Notes: generated by a model from the sequence alone, not told the origin. A DNA stretch of 64,000 nt from Fimbriimonadales bacterium (GCA_041744215.1 JBGTLG010000039.1:32001-96000); one strand, 5' to 3'. Positions 1 to 14,137 are shown, counted from the stretch's first letter. Numbers and translations: made by a program.

Positions 1-46
1 ACAGCCACCGCCGTATTGGCAACCAAACTGGAGTTGAAATCACAGC

Positions 47-3000
47 ATGCCCGACGTAACTCTTTTTGAAAAAATCCGTGTGGGAATTGCGAGCCCGGAA
101 GACGTTCTCGCATGGTCTCATGGCGAAGTAAAGAAGCCCGAGACCATCAACTATAGAACGTTCAAGCCGGAGCGTGATGGACTTTTCTGCGAGCGGATTT
201 TTGGACCGGTCAAAGACTGGGAGTGCCACTGCGGTCGATACAAGAAGGTCAAGTACAAGGGCATCGTGTGTGAGAGGTGTGGCGTCGAAGTCACCCGGTC
301 GCGCGTGCGCCGCGAGAGGATGGGTCACATCGAACTCGCGGCGCCCGTGTGTCACATTTGGTTTTTGAAGGGCGTCCCTTCGCCGGTTGCGCTTCTCCTA
401 AACATCGGACCACGCGATCTTGAAAAGGTCGTCTACTTTGGGTCGTTCATCGTCATCGACCTTGACAAAGTGGGCCTCGACGAGGGCCGGTCACAGATTG
501 AAGAACTAGTCGAGCTCGAAAAGTCCGCGCTCGAGCAAAGCATGGCTGAGCTTGAGGAAGAGATTCGCGACGCATTCGCCAGCGAGTTGGAGGAGAACAA
601 GGACGAGTATGACGAGTCAATCATCAAGGATCGCACGAAAGCGGTCAATGATCGGATAAAGGCCGAGCAGCGAGACTCCCAAGATCGCGTCAAAGAGATG
701 GATGTCGCGCTGGAAGTACTGTATAAGCTTGAGCAGAATCAACTGATCGAGGAAGACAAGTTCCGAGCTGTCGATCGGATGTTGAATGCTGTGTCCCGTC
801 GAAGCGGCAAGCAGTACAACCAGATGCTTAAAGCTGGCATCGGTGCGGCTGCGATCAAGGAGCTTCTGCTCCGGGTCAACCTCGACTCGACTTCCAAGGA
901 GCTTCGCGCAGGCATCATGCGGAGCCAAGGACCAAAGCGCGCGCGCATGATTAAGCGCCTCGAAATTGTCGAAGCGTTTATCAACTCGAAGACTAAGCCC
1001 GAGTGGATGGTCCTAGAGGTAATGCCCGTGATCTCGCCTGAGCTACGGCCCATGGTTCAGCTTGATGGCGGCCGGTTCGCGACATCCGATCTCAACGATC
1101 TCTACCGACGCATCATCAATCGGAACAATCGTCTGCGCAAGATTATAGAAATCCGGGCTCCTGAATCAATCATCAATCATGAGAAGCGTTTGCTGCAAGA
1201 AGCGGTAGACGCACTTGTCGATAATGGCCGTCGGTCCCGACCGGTGGTCGGCAGCAACAATCGTGCTTTGAAGTCCTTGAGCGACATGCTTAAAGGCAAA
1301 GAGGGACGGTTCCGAAAGAACTTGCTTGGAAAGCGTGTGGACTATTCTGGAAGAGCTGTCATTGTGGTGGGTCCTCACCTCAAGCTCCATCAATGCGGTT
1401 TGCCGAAAGAAATGGCGCTTGAGCTGTTCAAACCCTACGTGATGAAGGCGCTCGTGGACCAAAAGCTCACGCAGAACATCAAGACTGCGAAGCGCATGAT
1501 CGACCGAATGCACCCGGCAGTGTGGGATGCTCTTGAGGAAGTCATCAAAGATCACCCGGTGCTGCTTAACCGCGCTCCAACGCTCCACCGATTCGGCATT
1601 CAAGCCTTCGAACCGATCCTCGTCGACGGCAAGGCGATCCAGGTGCATCCACTCGTGTGTCCGCCCTTCAATGCGGATTTTGACGGTGACCAGATGGCCG
1701 TGCACGTTCCTCTCAGCGCTGCCGCACAGGCCGAAGCACGCATCCTAATGCTGTCGAGCAATAACCTGTTCTCGCCAGCGGATGGACAGCCGACGATGGC
1801 ACCGGTACAGGACATCATTCTTGGATCGTACGCACTAACTGCTCTCAACCGTAAAGCGCTTACGCGCTTCGAAGCGGAGACAGCTGCGCATCGGAAGGAT
1901 CCCGAAAAAGTGCGCGCACCGATGACGTTCTCGTCCCCTGACGAGGCAATCCTCCTTGCAACGCACCCAGATGCCGCGGTTCGGATTCCACTGAACGACC
2001 CCGTTTTCGTCCGTGTCCGACGTCCATCCGGATTAGCAAATGAAGCGGGCGAGTTCGAAGAGTGGGAGACTGTCGTGCGACAAATGACGCCCGGTCAGTT
2101 GATCTTCCACGAAGTGCTCCCGTACCCAGTAAAGCACCACGATGATTGGATTGGAGTCGAGTTCACAAAACGAAACCTGACTCGGCTCATCACTCACGTA
2201 CGCAACGCAACTTCAACGCAAAAGACTGTCGAGATGTTGGATCAAATCAAGGAGCTCGGATTCGAGTGGGCGACACGATACGGATTGACAATCGCGCTTT
2301 CGGACGTAGACCCGCGCTCCGCTCCAACTTCCGACCTATCGCTTGTCAATGAAATGGCACGGCGCGAAATCGCAGGTCAGGCCATCAGCCATGATATCGA
2401 GAAAGATTTTGAAACTGCAGGACGATTGAAGGGCCTGATTGAGGCTAAGATCGGCGAAGCTAAAAAGGCGACCACCGAAGTTCGAAAGCACTATCAGCTT
2501 GGCACGATGGCGACGAACGAGCGAGACCGAAAGCTACAAACGATTTGGCAGGGCGCGTTCGGAGCGCTGTCCGACACTATTGTTACGGAGATGGGGCAAT
2601 TCAACCCGCTTCGAATGATGGTCGACTCAGGCGCAAGGGGATCGCGTGAGCAGTTGGTTCAGCTGATGGCAACGCGCGGAATGTTCCGTAACAACTTCAA
2701 TCAGCCGATCACGGACATTGTAGGTGGCAACGGGTTGTTCGATGGCTCACGTGTGTTCGAGTACTTCGTGTCGATGTTCGGTGCCCGAAAGGGTGTCACG
2801 GATACCGCGCTCTTGATGGGTTACTCCGGATTCATCGCCCGCCGTCTCGTTGATGTGTCACACGACATCGTGATCAAAGCTGAGGACTGTGGCACCACCC
2901 AGGCCATCTACGTCGCGAAGATTATCAAAGAAGGGGACGTCGTTGAGCAACTCAGCATTCGATGCAAGGGTCGAACGTCGATTGAACGAGTTACATTGCC

Positions 3001-4762
3001 TGGCAGCAAGGAAGAAGTCGTGCTCTGCGAAGCTGGTGACGCCTTTGGCGACAAGGGTGCGGCGCTCTTAGACGAAGCCGACGCTCTCTATTACAAGCTT
3101 CGAAGCGATGCTCAAGAGGCGAAAGACGTCGATAAGGCGACCGAGAAAGTCGAGGCCGACTTCCGCAAACACGGCTTCCGCATTGGTGAGCACGGCGAGT
3201 TGCAGGTATCAATCAGGAGTCCGCTTACGTGCGATCTCGACAGCGGCATCTGTTCCAAGTGCTATGGCTGGGACCTCTCGACCAAGAAGTTCGCCGAGGT
3301 TGGCCTTGCAGTTGGCGTCATCGCAGGTGAAACGATGTCTGAACCTCTGTCTCAGTTGACGATGAGAACATTCCACCACGGCGGCGTTGCGACGGGCACG
3401 GTCCTTACTGGATACAACCAAGCTGGGCGAATGTACGGCACACTACACCAAGAGCTCAAGGTTGACCTCAAGACTGATGAGCTTGACGTGCATGAGATGC
3501 CGGACTTTATTGGTGAGCAGCGCGGCTTGCTCGATGAACTCACGGGGAAGGCCGAGCGGCTCAAGGCCGAAGCAGAGAAGCCGACAAAGAAGACTAAAAA
3601 GTCCTTGACGCCTCCTCCGCGAACCACAGCGAACCGTCAACTCGCTCGGGAGTTGGTGGAGCACTCGTTCTATCACTACGTAGGCATACCCTTCGTAGAG
3701 AGGCTTCTTGAAGCTCGTCGCGCGCCCAAGGGTGAGGCAGTCGTGTCTCGCTACGATGGTGTGGTCGACACAATCAAGGTCGGTCAGCTTGGTCGATGGA
3801 TTGTGATCCGGGCTATCGTCACCCCTGGGGAGCACGACATCGCTGGTAAGACGATCGCTGAGCGGGTCCTCCATCCAGAAACGAAAGAGACACTTATCGA
3901 AGCTGGCACAGAGATCAACAAGGCAGCTACCGACAAGCTTGCGAAGCACGGCGTGGAGAAGCTCACGATTTTCGAAGTGATCCTTCTTCCGAAGCGTCGA
4001 ATCCTTCTGGTTGAGACAGGCGACAAAGTCAAAGCGGGCGATCCTCTCACCCAGGGTCCGCTCGATCTTGGCAGCCTCCTCGAGTTCCGAGGAGTTCGCG
4101 CGGTGCAAGAATATCTGGTAAGTGAACTTCAGTCGATTTACAAGTCGAATGGCGTTAGCATCAACGACCGTCACTTGGAGGTCATCTGTCGCCAGATGCT
4201 GCGAAAGGTTCGCATAAAGGAAGGCGGTGACTCAAAGTTCTTGCCCGGCCAAATCATAGATCGATTCGCTTTCCGAAGAGAGAACGAACGTCTTCAGCAG
4301 ATGATTGCAGCGAAAGAAGAAGTCGAGTATGAGGACATTGAAACCAGCGACATGAAGAAACGGCTTCCGATTCCTGCCACGGCTGATGCAGTCATTCAGG
4401 GCATCACCGAAGCCGCCCTAACGACTGAGTCATTCCTATCGGCGGCCTCCGCGCAGAAGACTGTTCGTGTGCTTACAGACGCGGCCGTCAAGGGGCGCAC
4501 AGACGATCTAGTGGGCCTAAAGGAAAACGTGATCATTGGGCGGCTGATCCCCGCCGGATCAGGATTCCCGGCATACCGAAACATCGCCGTCAAGACGACG
4601 CGAGAGCCGGTGTGGGCAAAGGCTCCTATCACGGCACTCGCGAGTATGCAAGACCGCGAGGATGTGGAGGAGATCGAAGAATTCGACGAGAGCGATATCG
4701 GAGATATCCGATCGCTCGCTGAGAGCCTCGGCGCAGAACGCGTCGACGAAGCAGACGTTTAG
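47..4762 (+). CDS. rpoC: DNA-directed RNA polymerase subunit beta' (atypical bridge helix/trigger helices)
   Basis: KPETINYRT, Zn finger (CHCGRYK...CERC), [67 protein letters not shown] upstream. Confidence 0.99.
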   Translation: MPDVTLFEKIRVGIASPEDVLAWSHGEVKKPETINYRTFKPERDGLFCERIFGPVKDWECHCGRYKKVKYKGIVCERCGVEVTRSRVRRERMGHIELAAPVCHIWFLKGVPSPVALLLNIGPRDLEKVVYFGSFIVIDLDKVGLDEGRSQIEELVELEKSALEQSMAELEEEIRDAFASELEENKDEYDESIIKDRTKAVNDRIKAEQRDSQDRVKEMDVALEVLYKLEQNQLIEEDKFRAVDRMLNAVSRRSGKQYNQMLKAGIGAAAIKELLLRVNLDSTSKELRAGIMRSQGPKRARMIKRLEIVEAFINSKTKPEWMVLEVMPVISPELRPMVQLDGGRFATSDLNDLYRRIINRNNRLRKIIEIRAPESIINHEKRLLQEAVDALVDNGRRSRPVVGSNNRALKSLSDMLKGKEGRFRKNLLGKRVDYSGRAVIVVGPHLKLHQCGLPKEMALELFKPYVMKALVDQKLTQNIKTAKRMIDRMHPAVWDALEEVIKDHPVLLNRAPTLHRFGIQAFEPILVDGKAIQVHPLVCPPFNADFDGDQMAVHVPLSAAAQAEARILMLSSNNLFSPADGQPTMAPVQDIILGSYALTALNRKALTRFEAETAAHRKDPEKVRAPMTFSSPDEAILLATHPDAAVRIPLNDPVFVRVRRPSGLANEAGEFEEWETVVRQMTPGQLIFHEVLPYPVKHHDDWIGVEFTKRNLTRLITHVRNATSTQKTVEMLDQIKELGFEWATRYGLTIALSDVDPRSAPTSDLSLVNEMARREIAGQAISHDIEKDFETAGRLKGLIEAKIGEAKKATTEVRKHYQLGTMATNERDRKLQTIWQGAFGALSDTIVTEMGQFNPLRMMVDSGARGSREQLVQLMATRGMFRNNFNQPITDIVGGNGLFDGSRVFEYFVSMFGARKGVTDTALLMGYSGFIARRLVDVSHDIVIKAEDCGTTQAIYVAKIIKEGDVVEQLSIRCKGRTSIERVTLPGSKEEVVLCEAGDAFGDKGAALLDEADALYYKLRSDAQEAKDVDKATEKVEADFRKHGFRIGEHGELQVSIRSPLTCDLDSGICSKCYGWDLSTKKFAEVGLAVGVIAGETMSEPLSQLTMRTFHHGGVATGTVLTGYNQAGRMYGTLHQELKVDLKTDELDVHEMPDFIGEQRGLLDELTGKAERLKAEAEKPTKKTKKSLTPPPRTTANRQLARELVEHSFYHYVGIPFVERLLEARRAPKGEAVVSRYDGVVDTIKVGQLGRWIVIRAIVTPGEHDIAGKTIAERVLHPETKETLIEAGTEINKAATDKLAKHGVEKLTIFEVILLPKRRILLVETGDKVKAGDPLTQGPLDLGSLLEFRGVRAVQEYLVSELQSIYKSNGVSINDRHLEVICRQMLRKVRIKEGGDSKFLPGQIIDRFAFRRENERLQQMIAAKEEVEYEDIETSDMKKRLPIPATADAVIQGITEAALTTESFLSAASAQKTVRVLTDAAVKGRTDDLVGLKENVIIGRLIPAGSGFPAYRNIAVKTTREPVWAKAPITALASMQDREDVEEIEEFDESDIGDIRSLAESLGAERVDEADV

Positions 4763-4823
4763 AGAACAGAAGTAGATCCGGCAACGGGCTGGTAGTAAGC
4801 CCTGCCGGATCTACTTCCGTTCT
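4763..4823. terminator. Long inverted repeat between convergent rpoC and the next gene; probable bidirectional terminator
   Basis: GAAGTAGATCCGGCA (4769-4783) / TGCCGGATCTACTTC (4803-4817) perfect 15 bp, inner GGGCT/AGCCC, outer AGAAC/GTTCT; no U-tract. Confidence 0.7.
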
Positions 4824-5676
4824 GGAATCAACGTCCAGTTCACCTGGCACGGCGAGCCCTCGCTCGTCGTGATCACGCGGCGGAAATCAAAGTCAAAGCA
4901 GATTGCCTCGCTCTGGCCCTCGAATGGAACTGGTATTGCCGCAGGTCGCTTTGTGAACCAATCGTCCGGTGATCCTTCATAGAGTAAGGCTGCCAGATAA
5001 GTTCGAATCACGACTCGCGTGCCGTTGGCGTTCATATCCCCAGCAGTTGCCATTCGCATCAGAGGAGTTGAGCCATCAAGACGTAAAGTCCCCAACCTCC
5101 GCAGTGTTGACTCACCGTGCTTGAGATCAGAAAAGTAGACACCGCTCTCACCATCTCGTGACTTTGTGACAAGCTGAACGTTGCCTTCGGGAGTGACGAG
5201 CAGAGCTTCACAATCATGCTCGCCGTCAGGGTATCTAAGAACAAACTTCTCGAACTCTGTCACTTGGATGCTGCCCGCAGCTGTCGATGGCTCAGGGATT
5301 CGGTAGACGATGACCGACTGGCGGATGCGATTGTTGTCACCAATGTCTCCCACGAAAAGATAAGGCTTGCCATTGATCGTAGCGCTTGCAATGTCTTCCC
5401 AATCTACCGCCTCGACACCCTTCAACGTGTAAGTCCCCAAGTCCTTTCCGCTCGCATCGAACGCATAGAGGTTTGCGCCGTCTCCGCTGTCGTTGTGTGT
5501 CCAGTAAACGCCCCTTGTGAGCCGAGAAAGGGCTATTCCACTACTTTCGACAACCTCAGCGCTTTCAAGAGTACACAGCCTGCCAAAGACCTGCTGTTCG
5601 ATAACGGGTAGTCTGGCCTCAACATTTGCGGAAGCACAGCCTGCAACAAAAGCCATAACGCAAATGAGTGTGCGCA

Positions 5677-5677
<1 letters not shown>
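4811..5677 (-). CDS. Secreted/lipoprotein, probable beta-propeller (phytase/esterase-like conserved hypothetical)
   Basis: Signal peptide with VAGC lipobox-like motif; motifs ESSG, WTHNDSG, DWEDIA, GDIGDN, DCEAL, QSEAICF. Confidence 0.7.
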
Positions 5678-9384
<3,707 letters not shown>

Positions 9385-9391
9385 CTTCGCC

Positions 9392-10291
9392 TTAGTTCTT
9401 TACGCGGGTCATCTTTATGGTGGTTGTTCCGTTGATGTCCGCTTGGAACATGCCTCCATCAATCTTTTGCTTTGACTTCTGAAGCGTCTCGTGCTTCACG
9501 ATTCGCCCAGTGCCTTGCTCAACCCACACTGTCGCACTAGTTTCCATCGCGCCGGTGATCTTCATGTCCGCCATCATGCCGGCCATGTCGTTCCCGCCGC
9601 CCCCTTGGGCTTCCATCATGCGAGCCATGTCGATGTTCATGGGTGTACTAGCCTTGATCGCGACGACATAGATCAAGACCCCGTCGACATCACGCTGGCT
9701 AACGAGTTGAGCGTTCATCTTCTGATCTGGAGTGCCCGTCATAGCGTTGGCAGGAACGGGGATGTCCCAAGAGTCACCAATGTTTAGGGGTGCCTCGGGG
9801 AATCTGAGGCTTGGAAACATGGTCCCCGCACCGCTCGCGCCGCCGCCGAGCATCATCATCATGCCGCCCATCATCCCGCCGCGGCCGCCGGTCGCTGGCG
9901 CCGCCATCGCGCCGGTAATCTCGCCAAACTTGTTCATCTTGCCCTTGAAAGAGAACTCTTTCGGCATCTGGCTGTCCACGTCCCCCATCATTCCGCCGAT
10001 TGAGCCGAAGTCGTACTTGAGGTCGGTACCGGTGATGTCGACATCAGCTTCCTGCTTCTCTTCGTCCACCTTGCCGACCTTCATGGCGACTTTTGCTGTA
10101 GTAATGACGTCAATTGGAAACTCTTGCCCCATCATGTCCGAGTACATGATCTGACTAGACTTGATTTCGACCAGATAGGTGTCCAGATCCCCTTCTACCA
10201 GTTGGCGACGCAATGTGATGCCGCCCTGCGTGAAACTCGTCGCGGCGAACATGGCTGCTCCCGCGATTACTGCGATTTTGTAGATCTTCAT
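9392..10291 (-). CDS. Secreted beta-rich hypothetical protein, Met/Gly-rich (paralog 2; DUF6263-like)
   Basis: Start moved to ATG 10291 (MKIYKIAV..., ATGA overlap with upstream stop); FPEAPLNIGDSW, VWVEQGTGRI. Confidence 0.75.
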   Translation of the reverse strand: MKIYKIAVIAGAAMFAATSFTQGGITLRRQLVEGDLDTYLVEIKSSQIMYSDMMGQEFPIDVITTAKVAMKVGKVDEEKQEADVDITGTDLKYDFGSIGGMMGDVDSQMPKEFSFKGKMNKFGEITGAMAAPATGGRGGMMGGMMMMLGGGASGAGTMFPSLRFPEAPLNIGDSWDIPVPANAMTGTPDQKMNAQLVSQRDVDGVLIYVVAIKASTPMNIDMARMMEAQGGGGNDMAGMMADMKITGAMETSATVWVEQGTGRIVKHETLQKSKQKIDGGMFQADINGTTTIKMTRVKN

Positions 10292-11082
10292 AGACTTTTC
10301 GACCCCTTGTGTTCGATTTTGAATAGCGTCCGCAGGCGACGTTGCCCTACCGGATCGCCAGGCTTTACATTGTAGACGCTCGAGACGGCCTCCGCGTTTA
10401 CCTCGGCGCGCACAATCCAACCTTTGGGACCTTTGAACCAGACAGTCCCATCCCCGGTAACCTTGGTCCTGACGATCTGGGCCACATCCTTAGCCTCGAG
10501 CGTCGGGTTATTGTTCTCATCTTCTTTGGTCTCATAGTCCTGCCTGAGCGTGAGCCTGAACCGGTGGCCGGTCTCATCCTCGCCGTCATACTTAGCATCG
10601 TAAAACACTGTCGAGTCGCCAAATCGACGAGAGTATGACCACGTGTCTCCGACCTCTACCGGTTCGGCGGGCAACTCAAGCAACATGAATGTTATGTCAG
10701 GGATATGCTGTAGGTCCAAGCCAGGCAAGCGTACGGGCAACTCCGTTTTCGGCATGCTGGTCGCAGAGATCCTCCCGCTGGGATCAAACTTGATCGTCGA
10801 GGTTGGGAACAGGTCCTTTGCGCTTTGCTCGTTGAAGGGCAGAGCCACCCACTCGCCAGTCTCAAGGTTGCTCAAGTACGCCGATAGAGTGCGCAGGCTC
10901 GTGGTGGCTTCCCCTGCCCCCTTCGGCTCGACCGAGAGGCTGATGTCCACCTTCGCCTTTTGCTCAAACCCTCCAAGGAAGGGCAGGTATCCGTCGTAGA
11001 GAAGGGTCAGGTCATATTGCGAGGCCCCATTCGGCAAGCCATAGGTGAAAACCGTCAGGCACAGAACGTTGAGAATCATCAT
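10288..11082 (-). CDS. Secreted beta-rich hypothetical protein (paralog 1; DUF6263-like)
   Basis: Signal-like N-terminus; LPAEPVEVGDTW, GTVWFKGPKGWI; ATGA overlaps on both sides. Confidence 0.75.
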   Translation of the reverse strand: MMILNVLCLTVFTYGLPNGASQYDLTLLYDGYLPFLGGFEQKAKVDISLSVEPKGAGEATTSLRTLSAYLSNLETGEWVALPFNEQSAKDLFPTSTIKFDPSGRISATSMPKTELPVRLPGLDLQHIPDITFMLLELPAEPVEVGDTWSYSRRFGDSTVFYDAKYDGEDETGHRFRLTLRQDYETKEDENNNPTLEAKDVAQIVRTKVTGDGTVWFKGPKGWIVRAEVNAEAVSSVYNVKPGDPVGQRRLRTLFKIEHKGSKSL

Positions 11083-12185
11083 CCTGCTTGTTTGACGCTT
11101 TGAGGAGCAGGGGTGGTCTGCGAAACTGCCGGCCTGCCCGCGGCCGCGCGGACTCGCGCAATTGCATCGTCTGTCAATGCTCTCTCGAAGCTGCGGAATC
11201 CGGCGAGGCGAAATCCATGCTCGGCCGCAAGGGCGCGCATGGTCTCAACCTGGTCGACCGAGACGTCCTTCCCTACTGTAAAGGGCTCGGCTCGGTTTTC
11301 AAGTGCCAAAATCATCGTCTCGCTCATGCAGGCGTACGCGGTACGTGCAGGGAACCCGAAGCTGAAACCGAAGTCCGGGTCTCCCGGGACCTCCACAACC
11401 CCTCCCTCAAGCACCAGCACGTCCGGGCGTTCTTCGGAAACTCTGACGCTCACATCCCTGGGGCGCGCGACATCACAGACCACCGCACCGGACTTCAAAT
11501 GTTCTGGCTGAATCACGGCGGATTCGCTACTCGTTACCGTCACGATTACGTCTGCATCTCGGATCGATTCTACATCGGTCGTCCCGACGCAGCCGCGACC
11601 GATCGAAGCAGCAATCTCCTGGGTTCGGGCGAGGTCTCTTCCAATCAGCAAGGTTTTACGGAAACTCGGTGCCATCACGACGGCGCAGGTGCGGCCGATC
11701 GAGCCCGTCGCGCCAACCACAGCAAGAGTCGAGTCGGCTGGCACGATGTCCATGAGTCGCGCTCCCTCCATCGCTCCCTCAATCGCGGAGGCAACCGTAT
11801 AGCTGTTCCCTGTCGTCACCGGGATTGGGCTGCGTTTCGCTATTGTGACGCCGCCATCACCCACTACTGCCGTAAAAGCACCGAGGCCTATGAGTTTCGC
11901 TCCTCTTGAAGCAGCTAACTCGCAACATTCCAGAATCTTGCTGTAGACCTCCTCTAACGGAAGCTCCAGCATCATGGTCGGAGTGAGCGGGCAGCCGATA
12001 AACCAGCCCTCCGTCCTCGCTCCGGTCGCAGACACGATCCCCGTGGCGTGCCCGAGCATCATCGGCTTCTTTCGCTTGAGGAACCACTCAATCATCGACA
12101 GCGGCAGATACCGCGCAATCGGGTACTTCCGGGCCACATCGCGGCGAGCGTCAATGGGATGAACGATGAAAGCAAAAGGCGTCAT
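11079..12185 (-). CDS. NAD(P)-dependent oxidoreductase, acyl-ACP reductase-like (COG5322-type)
   Basis: FAFIVHP, LGAFTAVV, TTGNSYT, VVGATGSIG Rossmann motif, DVARPRDV, YACMSE. Confidence 0.8.
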   Translation of the reverse strand: MTPFAFIVHPIDARRDVARKYPIARYLPLSMIEWFLKRKKPMMLGHATGIVSATGARTEGWFIGCPLTPTMMLELPLEEVYSKILECCELAASRGAKLIGLGAFTAVVGDGGVTIAKRSPIPVTTGNSYTVASAIEGAMEGARLMDIVPADSTLAVVGATGSIGRTCAVVMAPSFRKTLLIGRDLARTQEIAASIGRGCVGTTDVESIRDADVIVTVTSSESAVIQPEHLKSGAVVCDVARPRDVSVRVSEERPDVLVLEGGVVEVPGDPDFGFSFGFPARTAYACMSETMILALENRAEPFTVGKDVSVDQVETMRALAAEHGFRLAGFRSFERALTDDAIARVRAAAGRPAVSQTTPAPQSVKQAG

Positions 12186-12296
12186 AGTAGGCTTGCGAGA
12201 GCCGGATTATGGCCCATGCCTGGCCCTAGTCACCGGCAGAGCATTTAGGGGTACAAACTGGTTCCTCACACGTCTAATAGGTTGGATCGACACGAA

Positions 12297-12824
12297 ATGA
12301 CCACACTTCTCGCTACCCTCATCCTCTCGACCGGATTTGCGCCGGCCCAGGATCCAAACCCGCAGGTTTCCTTGACAATTCAGTCACGGGGAGAGATGGT
12401 CATTGAGCTTTTTCCGCAAGACGCGCCGAAAACTGTGGCCCAGTTTCTCAAACTGGTCAACAGTGGCTTCTACAACGGTGTTCTGTTTCACAGGGTTGAG
12501 AACTACCCCCGCCCGTTTATCGTGGTGACTGGTGATCCGTTGACCAAAACCCTTCCGCTGACCGACCCGCGAATTGGGACCGGGGGGAGCGGCAACACGC
12601 TTCTCTTCGAAAGCAACAAGCGCTCCTTTGCCAATGGAACCGTCGGGCTTGCTCGCGACCAGAAGGATAAGAACAGCGGAGACAGCCAGTTCTTCATCTG
12701 CAACGGCCCGCAGAAGTTTCTTGACGGCTCATACGTCGCGTTCGGGCAAGTCGTAAAGGGCATTGAGATTATCCCCAACATTGCGTTGGGTGATAAGGTT
12801 ACGTCGGTACGCCAAACTCGCTGA
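12297..12824 (+). CDS. Exported cyclophilin-type peptidyl-prolyl isomerase
   Basis: APKTVAQF, GFYNGVLFHRV, GTGGSG, SGDSQFFI, LDGSYVAFGQV; signal peptide; start taken at ATG 12297. Confidence 0.92.
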   Translation: MTTLLATLILSTGFAPAQDPNPQVSLTIQSRGEMVIELFPQDAPKTVAQFLKLVNSGFYNGVLFHRVENYPRPFIVVTGDPLTKTLPLTDPRIGTGGSGNTLLFESNKRSFANGTVGLARDQKDKNSGDSQFFICNGPQKFLDGSYVAFGQVVKGIEIIPNIALGDKVTSVRQTR

Positions 12825-12879
12825 TCAAGGCACTGCCCGATGGGATGCGGCCCCGGCACCCAGGTACCCTTCGGATCAG

Positions 12880-14049
12880 ATGCACTACATTGACCCATTC
12901 GGAAAGGACGACCTTGTCACGCTTCGAGCCATCCGTGAAGATCATTGTGTCTCGCTCTACCTGCCAACCCACCGGAAAGGGTCAGAGGTTGCTCAAGATC
13001 CCATTCGGCTTAAGAACCTGATTGCGCGAGCTGAGGAAGTCCTCAAGACCAGGGGAGCACGCTGGGACGTCATCGAATCCATCCTAGGCGAAGCGAAACA
13101 GCTTCTCGACAAGGAGTTTTTTTGGCAGCACCAGGCAGACGGTCTAGCGATATTCGCAAAACCAGGCGAAACACGAGCGTTTCGAACCGGAGTCGGCTTT
13201 GGCGAGGCGGTGACAGTGAGCGGTCGCTTTGACTTAGCGCAGATGGTTCGACTTCTCGCTTCCGATGGCCGATTCTACGTGCTCGCCCTGGGGGAGCAAA
13301 TGGTCAAGCTGCTGGAGGGTACGCGATTCAGCGTCTCCGAGATAGCGTTGGACAATCTGCCCCAATCCATTGACGACGCCCTCAAACTGGATGATCCTCA
13401 AAAGCAACTGCAGTACCATACGGGCGCAGGCGCCAGCTCCGGCGGCGGTAGAGCGGCAATCTTTCACGGACACCGATTCGATGGATCCGAAAACAAAGAG
13501 AACCTGAAGAGATTCTTCAACATCGTCGACCGCGGGCTGGAGCCCCTGTTTAAGCATTACCCTGCGCCGGTCGTCTTGGCTGCGGTGGAGTACTACTTCC
13601 CACTTTACTTGGAGGTCGCGAACATTCCGGGACTCGTCGAGGGCGGTATCAAAGGCAACCCCGACGTCATGCGAGACGAAGAGCTGCACAAGGCGGCTTG
13701 GAGCATCGTGTACCCAGCGTTCAAGAAGTCGCAGGAGGATGCACTGGAGCGTTACGCTCAAGTTATCGGTACCGGCCAAACTACACAGGGCGTGGAGGGC
13801 ACCGCGATAGCGGCATATCAAGGAAGGGTGGACACACTGTTCGTCGACACTGAGCCAGACGTTTGGGGCGAAATCGACGAAACAACCCAATCGGTCAGCA
13901 TCCACGAGGTTGAAAACGCAGGCGATCTCGAACTCGTCAATGAGACGACTCTTGCTGTTCTGACAAGCGGTGGAAGGGTGTTTACGATGCCAAGCGCAGA
14001 GGTTCCAGGCAGTGGCCCGATGGCCGCGATCCTTCGCTACGCTGGCTGA
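12880..14049 (+). CDS. Bacterial archaeo-eukaryotic release factor family protein (baeRF3/7-like)
   Basis: CVSLYLPTHR, DPIRLKNL, FWQHQADGLAIF, FYVLAL, AAYQGRVDTLFV, C-terminal AAILRY; start ATG 12880. Confidence 0.85.
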   Translation: MHYIDPFGKDDLVTLRAIREDHCVSLYLPTHRKGSEVAQDPIRLKNLIARAEEVLKTRGARWDVIESILGEAKQLLDKEFFWQHQADGLAIFAKPGETRAFRTGVGFGEAVTVSGRFDLAQMVRLLASDGRFYVLALGEQMVKLLEGTRFSVSEIALDNLPQSIDDALKLDDPQKQLQYHTGAGASSGGGRAAIFHGHRFDGSENKENLKRFFNIVDRGLEPLFKHYPAPVVLAAVEYYFPLYLEVANIPGLVEGGIKGNPDVMRDEELHKAAWSIVYPAFKKSQEDALERYAQVIGTGQTTQGVEGTAIAAYQGRVDTLFVDTEPDVWGEIDETTQSVSIHEVENAGDLELVNETTLAVLTSGGRVFTMPSAEVPGSGPMAAILRYAG

Positions 14050-14056
14050 GAGAGGG

Positions 14057-14131
14057 TGGAGCCTTCGACGGGAATTGAACCCGTGACCTCCTCTTTACCA
14101 AAGAGGTGCTCTACCCCTGAGCTACGAAGGC
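14057..14131 (-). tRNA. tRNA-Thr(GGT)
   Basis: Reverse complement GCCTTCGTAGCTCAGGGGTAGAGCACCTCTTTGGTAAAGAGGAGGTCACGGGTTCAATTCCCGTCGAAGGCTCCA; cloverleaf, anticodon GGT, encoded CCA. Confidence 0.97.
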
Positions 14132-14137
14132 GAGACT

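Noticed and set aside
47-4762. rpoC as pseudogene or frameshift artefact
   Set aside because: The ORF is uninterrupted, substituted residues are interleaved with conserved ones in register, and catalytic Asp and Zn ligands are retained.
12200-14056. Genomic island integrated at the tRNA-Thr 3' end
   Set aside because: No integrase, no duplicated tRNA 3' fragment noticed, and no evident compositional shift.
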